DNA of 64,000 nucleotides from assembly GCA_964516765.1 (NCBI GenBank), contig CAZEWZ010000007.1, positions 4,828-68,827 of the forward strand, in the 5' to 3' direction. The translations under genes and the position numbers were made by a program. Each line of letters begins with the position of its first letter. The first letter of the stretch is position 1. This document shows, one piece after another, positions 20,136 to 29,212 of this stretch. This DNA is from an uncultured Cryomorphaceae bacterium. GTDB taxonomy: Bacteria > Bacteroidota > Bacteroidia > Flavobacteriales > UBA7430. The notes under the pieces are model-generated. The model had not been told where the DNA came from. It saw nothing but the letters and a program-made list of their open reading frames with translations, and did not search any database.

Positions 20136-20666
20136 ATGAAGAAGCAAAAAGTTTACGATAAAAACTTCGAAATATATCTAGAGAAACATCTTATTAAAGA
20201 GCGTGTCTCTACATTATCTAAAGAAGTTCATCACTTTATGAAGGGTCGAATACCTCACTTTATTGCCGTGCTAGATGGATCTTTTGTTTTTGCATCGGAT
20301 TTACTACGAGCGTATCCTTCTCCCTGTAAAATTTCTTTTGTAAAATTGAAATCCTACCAGGGTTTAAGTAGCTCAGGAGAAGTACATGAGTTAATTGGTT
20401 TAAATGAGATTCCCGAAAAGGAGTGTCTTATTATTTTGGAGGATATTGTAGATACGGGTGCAACTTTAAACAAAATAGACAAAATTTTCAAAAAAAAGGA
20501 ATGGTATATTGCGACTTTATTTTTTAAACCTAAAGCGTATAGCAGTAGTCGTCATATTGACTTTGTAGGATTTGAAATACCCAATGATTTCATAGTTGGT
20601 TATGGCCTTGATTATAATGGTTTTGGACGGAATTTAAAAAATGTTTATCAATTGGCGAAAGCCTAA
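20136..20666 (+). CDS. hpt: Hypoxanthine phosphoribosyltransferase
   Basis: VLDGSFVF, LKSYQG, ILEDIVDTGATL PRPP loop, FIVGYGLDY. Confidence 0.93.
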   Translation: MKKQKVYDKNFEIYLEKHLIKERVSTLSKEVHHFMKGRIPHFIAVLDGSFVFASDLLRAYPSPCKISFVKLKSYQGLSSSGEVHELIGLNEIPEKECLIILEDIVDTGATLNKIDKIFKKKEWYIATLFFKPKAYSSSRHIDFVGFEIPNDFIVGYGLDYNGFGRNLKNVYQLAKA

Positions 20667-20675
20667 ATTAAAAGT

Positions 20676-21251
20676 ATGTTAAATTTAGTTTTATTTGGAC
20701 CTCCCGGGGCGGGTAAAGGAACTCAATCAGCTCGTTTAATAGAAGCTTACAAACTTGTACATCTTTCCACCGGAGATATTTTTCGTTTTAATATCAAAGG
20801 AAGAACAGAATTGGGCCTTATGGCAAAATTATATATCGACAAAGGTGCATTGGTTCCTGACGAAGTAACCATTGCTATGTTGGAATCTGAAGTGAATAAA
20901 AACCCTCAGGCTAAAGGCTTTATTTTTGATGGTTTTCCTCGAACTAATGCACAAGCTAAATCTTTAGATGCATTTTTAATTAGTAAGGGAACATCTATTG
21001 ACGCAATGTTGGCTCTGGAGGTAGAAGAAGAAGAATTAATTTCTAGATTACTTGAAAGGGGTAAGTCAAGTGGAAGGGCAGATGATCAAGATGCCTCAGT
21101 TATTAAAAATCGCATTAATGTGTATGAGAAAGAGACTGCTATTTTGAAGGATTATTATGCTGCTCAAAATAAATTTATTGGAGTTCAAGGTGTGGGATCT
21201 ATTCAAACTATCACCGAAAGTCTTATTAATGCAATTGATTCTCTAAACTAG
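20676..21251 (+). CDS. adk: Adenylate kinase (short LID type)
   Basis: [30 protein letters not shown]. Confidence 0.96.
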   Translation: MLNLVLFGPPGAGKGTQSARLIEAYKLVHLSTGDIFRFNIKGRTELGLMAKLYIDKGALVPDEVTIAMLESEVNKNPQAKGFIFDGFPRTNAQAKSLDAFLISKGTSIDAMLALEVEEEELISRLLERGKSSGRADDQDASVIKNRINVYEKETAILKDYYAAQNKFIGVQGVGSIQTITESLINAIDSLN

Positions 21252-22249
21252 TGGCAGTTCACGGAAGTAATTTTGTGGATTATGTTAAAATTCATTGTGC
21301 TGCTGGAGATGGAGGTGGAGGGTCTATTCATCTTCACCGTTCTAGACTTACCGCAAAAGGTGGGCCTGATGGAGGAGATGGGGGACGGGGTGGAAACGTT
21401 TATTTACGTGGAAGCGACCAGATGTGGACTCTGCTTCATTTGAAGTATAAAAGACATGTGAAAGCGGGAAGAGGTGGAAACGGTTCTTCAAACAATAGCT
21501 TTGGAGATGACGGTTCCGACCAATATGTTGATGTACCTTTAGGAACAGTAGTTAAGGATGCAGAAACGGGAGAAGTGATGTTTGAAATCACCCAACATGG
21601 CGAGGAAGTGATTGTTCGAAAAGGTGGAATGGGGGGTCGAGGAAATAGTTGGTTTAAGAATTCAGTTCGACAAACACCCCGCTACGCTCAGCCAGGTACT
21701 GAGGGTGAACAAGGTTGGAATATTTTAGAGTTGAAAGTTCTTGCTGATGTAGGTTTAGTGGGGTTTCCTAATGCGGGAAAATCAACACTATTATCTGTTA
21801 TATCTGCTGCCAAACCAAAAATTGCAAATTATCCCTTTACTACTTTAGTTCCTAATTTAGGCATTGTTTCGTACAGAGATAATCGATCTTTTGTAATGGC
21901 TGATATTCCTGGTATTATTGAAGGTGCTAGCGAAGGGAAAGGACTAGGTCTTCGATTTTTACGTCATATAGAAAGAAATTCAACTCTTTTATTTTTGGTG
22001 CCCGCTGACGCAGATGACATTGCTTCTGAGTATAATATTTTACTTAAAGAATTAGAAACTTATAATCCACAACTTTTGGATAAGGATCGAGTATTGGCTA
22101 TTTCCAAGGCCGATATGTTAGACGATGAACTTAAAAGAGAGTTGAAAAAGACGGTTCCCAAAGAAGTGAAATCAGTATTTTTTTCTTCAATTGCTCATCA
22201 AGGTCTTATCGAATTGAAAGATTTAATTTGGACTCAGTTAAATGATTAA
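21251..22249 (+). CDS. obgE: GTPase ObgE (GTG start)
   Basis: Gly-rich OBG fold [36 protein letters not shown]. Confidence 0.96.
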   Translation: MAVHGSNFVDYVKIHCAAGDGGGGSIHLHRSRLTAKGGPDGGDGGRGGNVYLRGSDQMWTLLHLKYKRHVKAGRGGNGSSNNSFGDDGSDQYVDVPLGTVVKDAETGEVMFEITQHGEEVIVRKGGMGGRGNSWFKNSVRQTPRYAQPGTEGEQGWNILELKVLADVGLVGFPNAGKSTLLSVISAAKPKIANYPFTTLVPNLGIVSYRDNRSFVMADIPGIIEGASEGKGLGLRFLRHIERNSTLLFLVPADADDIASEYNILLKELETYNPQLLDKDRVLAISKADMLDDELKRELKKTVPKEVKSVFFSSIAHQGLIELKDLIWTQLND

Positions 22250-22808
22250 TAAGCTTCTTCAATACGACAAAGATTTGTTTCTGCTAATTAATGATTCAGG
22301 AATTGAATTTCTAGATCCCTTTTGGGTCTTTATTTCTAGCACTTTTTCAGGGATACCCATTTTTTTGTGGCTTATTTTTTTGTGTATCAAGAAACTCGGT
22401 AATTCTTTTTGGATAGGTATATTACTTATTTGTACAGTTGTTGGCTTGGCGGATTTTATTTCAGTGCATTTTTTTAAGAACATATTTATGCGTCTAAGGC
22501 CTTGTCATGATCCAGAATTGATCGACCAAATCAGATTGCTAGTTTCAAAGGGGGGTGCCTATGGATTTGTCTCCTCTCATGCTGCCAATTATTTTGCCCT
22601 AGCAGCTATTTCTTCAATACTTTTTTCAGAGCGATCTAGATTTATTTATATCATTTATTCTTGGGCTTTTTTGGTGGCATTTAGTAGAGTTTTTGTCGGT
22701 AAACATTATCCTTTAGATGTTGTTTGTGGAGCTCTTTTAGGAATTATTATTGCTAAATATATCTGGGCCCTATTATTAAAAACGAAAGCAAAAAATTTAT
22801 TTATATGA
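22242..22808 (+). CDS. PAP2-family membrane phosphatase (possible undecaprenyl-PP or lipid phosphatase)
   Basis: K-x6-RP (KNIFMRLRP), FVSSH and [12 protein letters not shown] motifs. Confidence 0.9.
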   Translation: MINKLLQYDKDLFLLINDSGIEFLDPFWVFISSTFSGIPIFLWLIFLCIKKLGNSFWIGILLICTVVGLADFISVHFFKNIFMRLRPCHDPELIDQIRLLVSKGGAYGFVSSHAANYFALAAISSILFSERSRFIYIIYSWAFLVAFSRVFVGKHYPLDVVCGALLGIIIAKYIWALLLKTKAKNLFI

Positions 22809-23170
22809 TCAACTTATTTGCTGTTTTCATTGGTGGTGGACTAGGAAGTTTAAGTCGTTTTGGTCTTGCTAAGTTAGCTAGTACTTATTTAGCCCCTGGC
22901 ATTGCATATGCCACTTTTTTTTCCAACTTACTTTCTGCAATCATTTTAGGTATTTTTATGTATGTTTTACCAGACAAATTTATGTTTAATTCCACTTGGA
23001 AGCTTTTTATGCTGACAGGGTTTTGTGGTGGCTTTAGTACTTTTTCGACTTTCAGTTTTGAGACTTTTGATTTACTGAAGAATGGGCAAATTATATTTGC
23101 CATTGCGAATATTATAGTAAGTATTTCATCTTGTCTATTTGTTTTATATATTCTATACAAAAATCAATAA
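22805..23170 (+). CDS. crcB: Fluoride efflux channel (Fluc)
   Basis: GGGLGSLSRF, TFFSN, GFCGGFSTFSTF. Confidence 0.94.
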   Translation: MINLFAVFIGGGLGSLSRFGLAKLASTYLAPGIAYATFFSNLLSAIILGIFMYVLPDKFMFNSTWKLFMLTGFCGGFSTFSTFSFETFDLLKNGQIIFAIANIIVSISSCLFVLYILYKNQ

Positions 23171-23171
23171 T

Positions 23172-24788
23172 ATGTTACGAATTCTTGTTTTATCTCTAGT
23201 TTTTAATTTTCCTGTATTCTGTCAGGTAGATCCACCAAAATTAGTCGTGGGTATTGTGGTTGACCAAATGCGTTTTGATTATATCAATAGGTATTGGGAC
23301 GAATTTAGTGATGGAGGTTTCAAAAGATTAATTGGTGAAGGCTACCAATTTACAAATACACATTATAATTATATTCCTACTTATACTGGGCCAGGACATG
23401 CTTCTATTTATACAGGGACAACACCTTCTAGCCACGGAGTAATTGCCAACTCTTGGTTCGATAAAAATTCTCAGAGCTACCAGTATTGTGTGGGAGACAT
23501 AAGTATGAATACATTGGGGGCAGACAATGCATCAGGTGAAATGTCACCTTCACAAATGTTAAACACTACATTTGGCGATGAATTACGCTTGTTTTCAATG
23601 AATCGATCTAAGGTGATTGGTGTAGCTTTGAAAGATCGTTCAGCGATTCTCCCAGCCGGGCATATGGGGAATTTTGCTTTCTGGTTTGATTCAGAAAGTG
23701 GGGATTTTGTTTCTAGTTCTTATTACGGTAATCGCTTACCAAAATGGATTCGACAATTCAATAAAAAAGATCTTTGTGAATCTTATCTTTCTCAAGATTG
23801 GAACCTATTATTAAATTTAAAAAGTTATGACGAAAGTTTGGTGGATAATAGTGTGTATGAAGAACCCTTTATTGGTGAAAAATATCCCAAGTTCCCACAT
23901 AAACTCCCTGATTTGTTAGCCAAAAATGGTAAAGGACTCATTAAATCTACCCCATTTGGTAATTCACTCACAAAAGATATTGCGATTGCTGCAATTGAGG
24001 GAGAACATTTGGGTTCTGATCAGTACACAGATCTTTTAGCAGTAAGCTTCTCCTCCCCTGACTATGTAGGGCACCAGTTTGGAGTAGATTCCAAGGAAAC
24101 TCAAGATACATACCATAGGCTTGATAGAGATTTATCATCCTTTCTTTCTTATTTGGATCATAAATTAGGGACCGAAAATGTATTGGTTTTTTTAACATCA
24201 GATCATGGTGCTGTTCGAACCCCATCTTATTTAGATGATGTTAAGGTTCCTTCTGGTTATTTTGATGCCGAAGAGCCAATTAATCAATTAAAAGTTTTCT
24301 TACAGAATATATATGGACCAGGCGATTGGGTGAAAAGTTATGGTAATGCACAAATTTATTTAAATAAAGATTTAATCTTTGAGAAGTATATGAGTCTTCA
24401 GGAAGTACAACAACAGACTGCAGATTTTATGTTGCGCTTTGAGGGCGTCCAAAATGCTGTCTGTGGAAGAACTTTAGAACGTTCAGAATTTCAAAATGGA
24501 GATCTTGGATCCTTGCAGAAAGGATACAGCGTAAAGCGATCCGGAGATGTTTTGTTGGTTTTAAACCCCGCTTGGATTGAATATAATCGGACAGGCACAA
24601 CCCACGGTTCTGGCTATGCATACGACCAGCATGTTCCCCTGATTTGGTTTGGTTGGAAAATTGAATCAGGTAGGTCTGATGAAAAGGTAAATGTAACAGA
24701 TATTGCTTCGACATTGTCAAATTTATTGGGTATCAGTTTTCCTAATGGATCAGAATCAAGAGTACTTTTTCTACCTCTTATCGAATAA
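23172..24788 (+). CDS. pafA: PafA-type alkaline phosphatase (start likely 23172)
   Basis: PKLVVGIVVDQMR, TYTGPGHAS (Thr nucleophile), ALKDRSAILPAGH, DYVGHQFG, TSDHG, THGSGY. Confidence 0.9.
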   Translation: MLRILVLSLVFNFPVFCQVDPPKLVVGIVVDQMRFDYINRYWDEFSDGGFKRLIGEGYQFTNTHYNYIPTYTGPGHASIYTGTTPSSHGVIANSWFDKNSQSYQYCVGDISMNTLGADNASGEMSPSQMLNTTFGDELRLFSMNRSKVIGVALKDRSAILPAGHMGNFAFWFDSESGDFVSSSYYGNRLPKWIRQFNKKDLCESYLSQDWNLLLNLKSYDESLVDNSVYEEPFIGEKYPKFPHKLPDLLAKNGKGLIKSTPFGNSLTKDIAIAAIEGEHLGSDQYTDLLAVSFSSPDYVGHQFGVDSKETQDTYHRLDRDLSSFLSYLDHKLGTENVLVFLTSDHGAVRTPSYLDDVKVPSGYFDAEEPINQLKVFLQNIYGPGDWVKSYGNAQIYLNKDLIFEKYMSLQEVQQQTADFMLRFEGVQNAVCGRTLERSEFQNGDLGSLQKGYSVKRSGDVLLVLNPAWIEYNRTGTTHGSGYAYDQHVPLIWFGWKIESGRSDEKVNVTDIASTLSNLLGISFPNGSESRVLFLPLIE

Positions 24789-27171
24789 GATTAACTACTC
24801 CTTTTTTTGTAATTTTTTTTCCACTAAGTGTTTCGAACCTTACAATGTATGCAAAGCTATTCGTTGGAGAAGTTTCGCCATTTATTAATTTACCATTCCA
24901 ACTTGGTTGAGAACCAAATTTGTCATAAACAAGTTTCCCCCAGCGGTCATATATTTCTAGACGATATTCAGGAATCCCATACATTATAGGCCAGAATTCG
25001 TCATTTTGTGAGTCTTGGTTGGGTGTAAATGAATTAGGTATCCAAACGGTATACTCGTAATTCACATAGATTCTTGCATAACTAGAGTCAACGCAATTGA
25101 ATTCCTCGTTAATAGCGAATTGCCAAATGTCAATTTCGCCATTAATTGTTGGCGTATAAATAGGGTTTTCATCGCTGGTAGCAAACCCAGTAGAAAATTC
25201 ATATAAATAACTATTTGCGAATGTACTTTCATTTAAAATCTCAAGTGATTCTCCTAAGTTTAATTCTGTTGTATTTAGCGTGAAATATGATTGAGGTTGA
25301 GGCTCTACGCTAATGAAATTATCTAATTGAATAGAACCAGCGCAATTATCCATAAAATTAAATACAATTAAGCTAACGTCATAGTTACCTTGGCTGAATG
25401 TGGAAGCTGTATTAGATGAGTTGGAACCTGTTCCATTTCCAAGATTCCAATTAAAGGTGTGCATACTAGGGTCTAAATTACTTTCAAGTTGAACAGTAAA
25501 AGGTTCGCACCCCTTTAACGGAGAACTGCTAATATTAATATTGATTTCATCTTGAACTTCAATCGTAGTCAAAGCTGAATTATCGCAACCATTCGCAGAA
25601 ACAGTGAGGCTTACTTCTTGAGGTCCTGAGTTGTTGAATGAAATATTATCTGGATTTTGAAGATTTGAGTAAGGGGTTAGGGTATTGGGACCAAAATTCC
25701 AGGCAAAAGTTGCATTTTCAGGAAAAATACCTTGAGCAGTAAAATCATAGGAATTATTTTCAAAACACTGTGATTCTAAGTTTGGTATTTCTGGAAAAAT
25801 TTCTTCATCAAAAACTTCTATTTGACCGAGAAAAGTTTCGTCACAGTCCTCAAATTGTATGTTGAAGCTGATAGGGTAGATACCTATCTGACTGAAATTA
25901 ATTCCAGATGGGTTTTGTGCATTTGAATTAGTTGGATTGGCTTGAGAGCCAAAGTTCCAATTAAATATTGCACCCTCAGGAATTATTCCTTCTCCTAAAA
26001 AGCTAAAATTATTATTGTCAACACACTCGGGGTCTGGATTTTCAAAAAAAGGCATTAATTCTGTGTATAAGGGAAATGTGACCGAGTTTGTGTCTGCACA
26101 AATTGTATTTGGATTGGCAATCAATGTAACTGAGTATGTCCCGGTATCTAGATAAGTATGATTTGGTTCATATAAGCTGGATGATGTATTGTTTTCTCCA
26201 AAATCCCAATAATAGGTATCTGCATTATTGCTATTATTGTCAAATTCTACGTTGAGACTATTGCAGTACCAGCTTGAAAGAGGAAAAGATGCAGTAATTA
26301 CATTACAATCTACCACCAGGAATCGGAAATCTCTAATAATTTCACCAAGAAAAATACCGTCTCTGTACTCTTTTACTTTAATCCCTATAATAAACATGCC
26401 CATTAATGTTGGAGTCCCAGTTATGATGCCTGTTTGACTATTTATCTCTATAATCGGATTTGAATTCAAAGGGTAATTAGCGGAATACCCAGTTTGCCAT
26501 GGGATTATATCAAATGGAGGTGGGGTAATTTCTGTTGGATTTACATTATTGGATCCTTGTAGAGGAGTAGTGAGCTCATAAGTTAGAGAGTCTCCATCAG
26601 AATCAAAAGCAGAAAGATCTAGTATTACTTCATCACCAAGACATAATGCTAATGGAGGATAACTATTGAATTCCGGACTAGAATTACATTCTGTTCCCAC
26701 TTCATTTCCAGGGATGTATATTACAAAAGTAGAACCAATATCTCCAGGTGAAGGAACATTAATAATGGATGGATTTCTACAGCACCTCTGGTAAGCTATT
26801 TGATAGCCTCCTTGGATAGGAGGTAACTCCACTGTCGTTGTATAAACACCCTGTTCAATACACAAATCTGATGGCAATTCTAGACAGTCGTTTCCGACAG
26901 TTTGATCACTGAGGAGAGTAGAAATCGGATCGGAGATTGTGATTTGCTGTAACTCTTGGTTATTGCTGTTATAGACTGTAATAGTTCCAGATTGGTCAAA
27001 GGATGTGCCAGTTGTATTTGAGGGTCCACAATCAATGTAAATTATCAAGCTAATTTCGTACATATTGTTCCCTAAACAAGTGTAGGTCATTTCACCTCCA
27101 ATCAAATGAGTTGCCCATGAATTTGAGATTCCAAAAACAAACAACAACATAACTAAATAAAAGTTTTTCAA
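24778..27171 (-). CDS. PKD-domain surface protein with T9SS type B (gliding-motility-associated) C-terminal domain
   Basis: ATHLIGGEMTY N-domain, YQRCCRN, PKD YYWDFGE/WNFG/WNLGNG repeats, VWIPNSFTPNQDSQNDEF...IYDRWG...KGVVNLIR. Confidence 0.9.
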   Translation of the reverse strand: MKNFYLVMLLFVFGISNSWATHLIGGEMTYTCLGNNMYEISLIIYIDCGPSNTTGTSFDQSGTITVYNSNNQELQQITISDPISTLLSDQTVGNDCLELPSDLCIEQGVYTTTVELPPIQGGYQIAYQRCCRNPSIINVPSPGDIGSTFVIYIPGNEVGTECNSSPEFNSYPPLALCLGDEVILDLSAFDSDGDSLTYELTTPLQGSNNVNPTEITPPPFDIIPWQTGYSANYPLNSNPIIEINSQTGIITGTPTLMGMFIIGIKVKEYRDGIFLGEIIRDFRFLVVDCNVITASFPLSSWYCNSLNVEFDNNSNNADTYYWDFGENNTSSSLYEPNHTYLDTGTYSVTLIANPNTICADTNSVTFPLYTELMPFFENPDPECVDNNNFSFLGEGIIPEGAIFNWNFGSQANPTNSNAQNPSGINFSQIGIYPISFNIQFEDCDETFLGQIEVFDEEIFPEIPNLESQCFENNSYDFTAQGIFPENATFAWNFGPNTLTPYSNLQNPDNISFNNSGPQEVSLTVSANGCDNSALTTIEVQDEININISSSPLKGCEPFTVQLESNLDPSMHTFNWNLGNGTGSNSSNTASTFSQGNYDVSLIVFNFMDNCAGSIQLDNFISVEPQPQSYFTLNTTELNLGESLEILNESTFANSYLYEFSTGFATSDENPIYTPTINGEIDIWQFAINEEFNCVDSSYARIYVNYEYTVWIPNSFTPNQDSQNDEFWPIMYGIPEYRLEIYDRWGKLVYDKFGSQPSWNGKLINGETSPTNSFAYIVRFETLSGKKITKKGVVNLIR

Positions 27172-27212
27172 TGAAGTAGACCTTTTTATTATTTAAGTGA
27201 AATATACAAATT

Positions 27213-27857
27213 TCATTTCTTTTTTTGACAAATCATGAGGCCATCTCTAATAGGTAATAAAATATTTTCTAGGCGTTTGTCCTGCATGACTTTTTTATTA
27301 AACTCCAATAGCGCAAGAGTTACTTTGTCATGAGGGTCAATTTCTTGAATTACTTTTCCAGACCATAAAACATTGTCTGTAATAATCCATCCGCCGGGAT
27401 TCATTTTATTAATAAGTAAATCCAAATACTTTGGATAATTTTTTTTGTCAGCATCAATAAAAGCTAAATCAATATTGACCTCCATTTTTTCCAGAATCGA
27501 AAGTGCATTCCCTACATGTTGAACCACTTGGTTTTCAATCCTCGCTTTTTGAAAGTAGGAAGCTGCAATATCGTATAATTCTTCATTTATTTCAATGGTG
27601 TGAATAACTCCATCCATTGGAAGTCCTTTAGCTAGACATATGGCTGAATAACCTGTATAGGTGCCAATTTCAACAATACATTTGGGTTGAATCATTCGGC
27701 TGATCATAGCCAAAAATTGACCCTGAAGATGTCCGGAAATCATTCTTGGATTTAGAACTGATGTGTGTGTTTCGTGATTGAGTTCTACGAGTAAATTGTC
27801 TTCCACACTAGTGTGAGTCTTGCAGTAGTAATCTAATTCTTTAGAGATGAAATCCAT
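27213..27857 (-). CDS. SAM-dependent O-methyltransferase (caffeoyl-CoA OMT-like)
   Basis: VEIGTYTGYSA, FIDADK, TDNVLWSG, PIRDGL. Confidence 0.92.
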   Translation of the reverse strand: MDFISKELDYYCKTHTSVEDNLLVELNHETHTSVLNPRMISGHLQGQFLAMISRMIQPKCIVEIGTYTGYSAICLAKGLPMDGVIHTIEINEELYDIAASYFQKARIENQVVQHVGNALSILEKMEVNIDLAFIDADKKNYPKYLDLLINKMNPGGWIITDNVLWSGKVIQEIDPHDKVTLALLEFNKKVMQDKRLENILLPIRDGLMICQKKK

Positions 27858-27858
27858 G

Positions 27859-29091
27859 TCACTGTTCTTTGGGTTCGTAAATAATTGTACTCAAGGCTTC
27901 TTTATTGAATATTTCTTTAGCAACTTCTTGAATTTCGTTGGCTGTAATATTCAATATTTTCTCATTACTTTCAATTATACTCTCTACTTTACCGAAAGCC
28001 TGATAACTCTTCGCAATTGACTGCATTAGATTACAATTATTTTCTTGAGCGATAGCCAATTGCCCAATTAATTGTTGTTTAGCTTTCTTAAGTTGTAAAG
28101 GCCCCATAGATCTGTCTCGCAGTTTTTTTAATTCCTTGTGAATTAAACTAATGGTTTTTATTACAGATTGTGGTTCTGTTCCAAAGTAAATTCCCCAGAC
28201 TCCAGTATCTTCATAGGTAGTGTAATTGGACTCAATAGCATAAGTGAAACCATATTTTTCTCTTATCCCTAGGTTTAATCTGGAATTCATTCCCGGCCCT
28301 CCAAGTAAATTACTTAGTAGAATTAGAGTTCGAGCTTTAGGATCTTGTGCACTATATGCCCGATTTCCAATAATGCAATGTGTTTGAATGAGGTCTTTCT
28401 TGGCCCGTAAATTTTGGGGTTCATAATTATTAATAGGAATACGAATATGATTTTCATTTCTTCTTGTTGGTTGCTCTAAATGTTTTTCTGCATAGCTGAT
28501 AAGTTTTTGAAAATCTATGTTTCCAACCGAACTTAGTATCATTTCATCTGGCTTGTAATGCCTATTCATAAATTTATTTACAGATTCTCTATCAAAAGAA
28601 TGAAGTGTTTTTTCTAGTCCTAGAATATTTCTCCCAAGATTATGACCTTTAAAAACTAGTTCCTCATATTCATCAAAAATTGCTTCTGAGGGGTTGTCAA
28701 GATAAGAATGAATTTCATCCATAATCACATCTTTTTCTTTTTCCAGTTCTTTTTTTGGAAAGATTGAGTGAAAAATAATATCTCCAAATAATTCAATAGA
28801 TCTTTCGTAATACTGCTTCATAAATGATGCATAGTACCAAGTTTCTTCTTTGGTAGTATAAGCGTTGAGTTCTCCCCCGACATCTTCTAGTCTACTAAGT
28901 ATGTGAAATGCTTTTCGCTTTTTTGTTCCTTTAAAAAGAGCATGTTCAATAAAGTGGGCCATTCCTTGTTCATCTATATTTTCATCTCTAGACCCCACAT
29001 TAACCATTATACCACAATGTGCGACAGGACTTGAAGAAGGGTGGTGTATGATACGAATTCCGTTCTCTAATTGATGCGTTAAAATTTTCAT
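27859..29091 (-). CDS. M16 family (pitrilysin-like) zinc peptidase
   Basis: Inverted HxxEH motif (HFIEH), NAYTTKE, SRLNLGIRE. Confidence 0.93.
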   Translation of the reverse strand: MKILTHQLENGIRIIHHPSSSPVAHCGIMVNVGSRDENIDEQGMAHFIEHALFKGTKKRKAFHILSRLEDVGGELNAYTTKEETWYYASFMKQYYERSIELFGDIIFHSIFPKKELEKEKDVIMDEIHSYLDNPSEAIFDEYEELVFKGHNLGRNILGLEKTLHSFDRESVNKFMNRHYKPDEMILSSVGNIDFQKLISYAEKHLEQPTRRNENHIRIPINNYEPQNLRAKKDLIQTHCIIGNRAYSAQDPKARTLILLSNLLGGPGMNSRLNLGIREKYGFTYAIESNYTTYEDTGVWGIYFGTEPQSVIKTISLIHKELKKLRDRSMGPLQLKKAKQQLIGQLAIAQENNCNLMQSIAKSYQAFGKVESIIESNEKILNITANEIQEVAKEIFNKEALSTIIYEPKEQ

Positions 29092-29095
29092 AGTT

Positions 29096-29103
29096 CAAAG
29101 GTA
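29096..29103 (-). promoter_or_regulatory. Bacteroidota -7 box for the M16-OMT-PKD operon
   Basis: TACCTTTG on the minus strand. Confidence 0.55.
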
Positions 29104-29180
29104 GGGATAAAGAACAGTTTATATCCATAATTTATGAGTCCAAGAAGGTTTATTTGAGCAAAATTTTATTTAATAAAATC

Positions 29181-29188
29181 TATCTTTG
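29181..29188 (+). promoter_or_regulatory. Bacteroidota -7 box for the zinc metalloprotease
   Basis: TATCTTTG, 24 nt upstream of the ATG. Confidence 0.65.
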
Positions 29189-29212
29189 CTTATGATTTTT
29201 AAATAAAATAAA

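Noticed and set aside
22700-22805. Fluoride riboswitch upstream of crcB
   Set aside because: The upstream sequence is PAP2 coding sequence overlapping the crcB start; no riboswitch-like leader is seen.
29164-29180. AT-only palindrome ATTTTATTTAATAAAAT between divergent protease genes
   Set aside because: Low-complexity A/T dyads are expected by chance at this base composition.
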